64,000 bases of DNA from a virus (Duplodnaviria > Caudoviricetes): the IMG/VR virus record IMGVR_UViG_3300046529_000616, positions 3,216-67,215 of that record. One strand, written 5' to 3'. A program made the translations under genes and the position numbers. Of the stretch, positions 63,096 to 64,000 are shown piece after piece. The first letter of the stretch is position 1. Each line of letters begins with the position of its first letter. The notes under the pieces were generated by a model. The model saw only the letters and a list, made by a program, of their open reading frames with translations. It did no database searches and had not been told where the DNA came from.

Positions 63096-63595
63096 GGACG
63101 AAGCTTCCGAGTCCAATCATCAACTCCTGGCTCGAATGGGCAGGAGCCAGACTCATCGCGCTCCCAGGCCATAGGACCGGCCCTGCGGACATCCGAGTAA
63201 TCTGGCCCGAATACGATCAGGAGAAGTTCCAAGTCCTAGAATTTAGACGCGGCCTTGTTGCTCGGTCTCTCGGACCCACCAATGCCGAAATGCCCTTTGT
63301 AGAAGAAATCCTCAGACTGCCGAACCTTTGTTCCGACGTAAACGTTCGCCGAGTCCTACACAAACGGGCGCTGATTCATCCGACTCGGGGAACCCACATC
63401 TATCGTTGGGATAGAATAGCAAAAGATCTTGGTGACGTTAAGCTCTACACCGTCAAACGCTGGCACAAGATGGGCCTGATCGAGGTCGGAGAGAAGATAA
63501 ATCTCGACCTAACTAATAGACTTATGAATTTCTTTGATGAGCTGGGAGCAACTGGGTATGCCCAAATGCGGGCTTTAGAACTCTCCCGCCAATAA
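63086..63595 (+). CDS. Putative late transcription regulator (antiterminator/DUF6362-like)
   Basis: WLEWAGARLIALP...WPEY N-terminus and C-terminal HTH-like RWDRIAKDLG..LYTVKRWH. Confidence 0.45.
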   Translation: MGIGTKLPSPIINSWLEWAGARLIALPGHRTGPADIRVIWPEYDQEKFQVLEFRRGLVARSLGPTNAEMPFVEEILRLPNLCSDVNVRRVLHKRALIHPTRGTHIYRWDRIAKDLGDVKLYTVKRWHKMGLIEVGEKINLDLTNRLMNFFDELGATGYAQMRALELSRQ

Positions 63596-63722
63596 CCGCT
63601 TGCACTTCCCAAGGATTTAGCCCACCTTCATTGTACGGTTTCGCGCGCTCGTTCGCTGCGGTCCGTACCAGATCGGTGGTATTGGAGTCCCGCTGGTCTG
63701 TCGATGGTCGAGGGAGAACTAA

Positions 63723-63763
63723 AGGGCGGGCAGGGTTTTCGGACCTTTCCCGCCCTCTTTTTT
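63723..63763 (+). terminator. Intrinsic terminator-like hairpin before TerL
   Basis: AGGGCGGG...CCCGCCCT stem followed by C and a T6 run. Confidence 0.55.
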
Positions 63764-63774
63764 AGGGACGGGCG

Positions 63775-64000
63775 TTGATAGAATATACCCGGCCATATCT
63801 GTATCCGAAACAAGAACAAGCCATCTTCACAGGGAAACGCTGGGCGCTCGTCGAAGCCAGCACGAAGTCAGGAAAGACCGTCGGAGCTGAAGCCTGGATT
63901 CTCGAAGGGGCGTTTGGTGACTCCTACGGGGACAATTCCTGGTGGGTAGCGCCTGTTTCTGACCAAGCCCGGATCGCTTTCACCCGAATTAAGCAGAATC
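63775..64000 (+). CDS. terL: Terminase large subunit (3'-truncated)
   Basis: TTG start; YLYPKQEQAI (Q motif), Walker A-like ASTKSGKT, WWVAPVSDQA; open to the window end. Confidence 0.85.
   Translation, partial: MIEYTRPYLYPKQEQAIFTGKRWALVEASTKSGKTVGAEAWILEGAFGDSYGDNSWWVAPVSDQARIAFTRIKQN

Overview
The window is most of the genome of a tailed dsDNA phage, probably siphovirus-like with an alphaproteobacterial host (GTA-like DUF2460/DUF2163/NlpC-P60/host-specificity tail tip, DUF3309 protein). It opens inside a head-module gene with an InPase domain and closes inside the terminase large subunit, so only the TerL remainder, portal and minor head genes appear to lie outside. The + strand (1-32.6 kb) carries virion-associated proteins, a four-gene glycosyl/methyltransferase cluster, a HiPIP-like/protease/scaffold gene, major capsid, neck, tail (with a -1 frameshift), tape measure, tail tip and an expanded lysis cassette. 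The - strand (32.7-59.7 kb) carries two lectin-like paralogues, a DUF3987 helicase-like protein, nucleotide-metabolism genes, a family A DNA polymerase split through its proofreading domain and fused to a UDG, a ParB-methyltransferase, ERF, a PD-(D/E)xK nuclease, about 25 small early genes and an AAA+/VWA pair. A divergent control region at 59.7-60.6 kb holds a T32 tract, iteron-like repeats, promoters and hairpins. No integrase, tRNA or CRISPR array was seen. The strongest candidate for an undescribed system is a short C-terminal peptide tag, [AVE]-[IV]-[DE]-I-[DE]-L, ending at least eight otherwise unrelated early proteins. Next are a ~240-nt nested RNA structure directly upstream of a HiPIP-like [4Fe-4S] domain in frame with the prohead protease, and a probable virion-glycosylation cassette. 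All family assignments are from motif recognition by eye; no searches were run.
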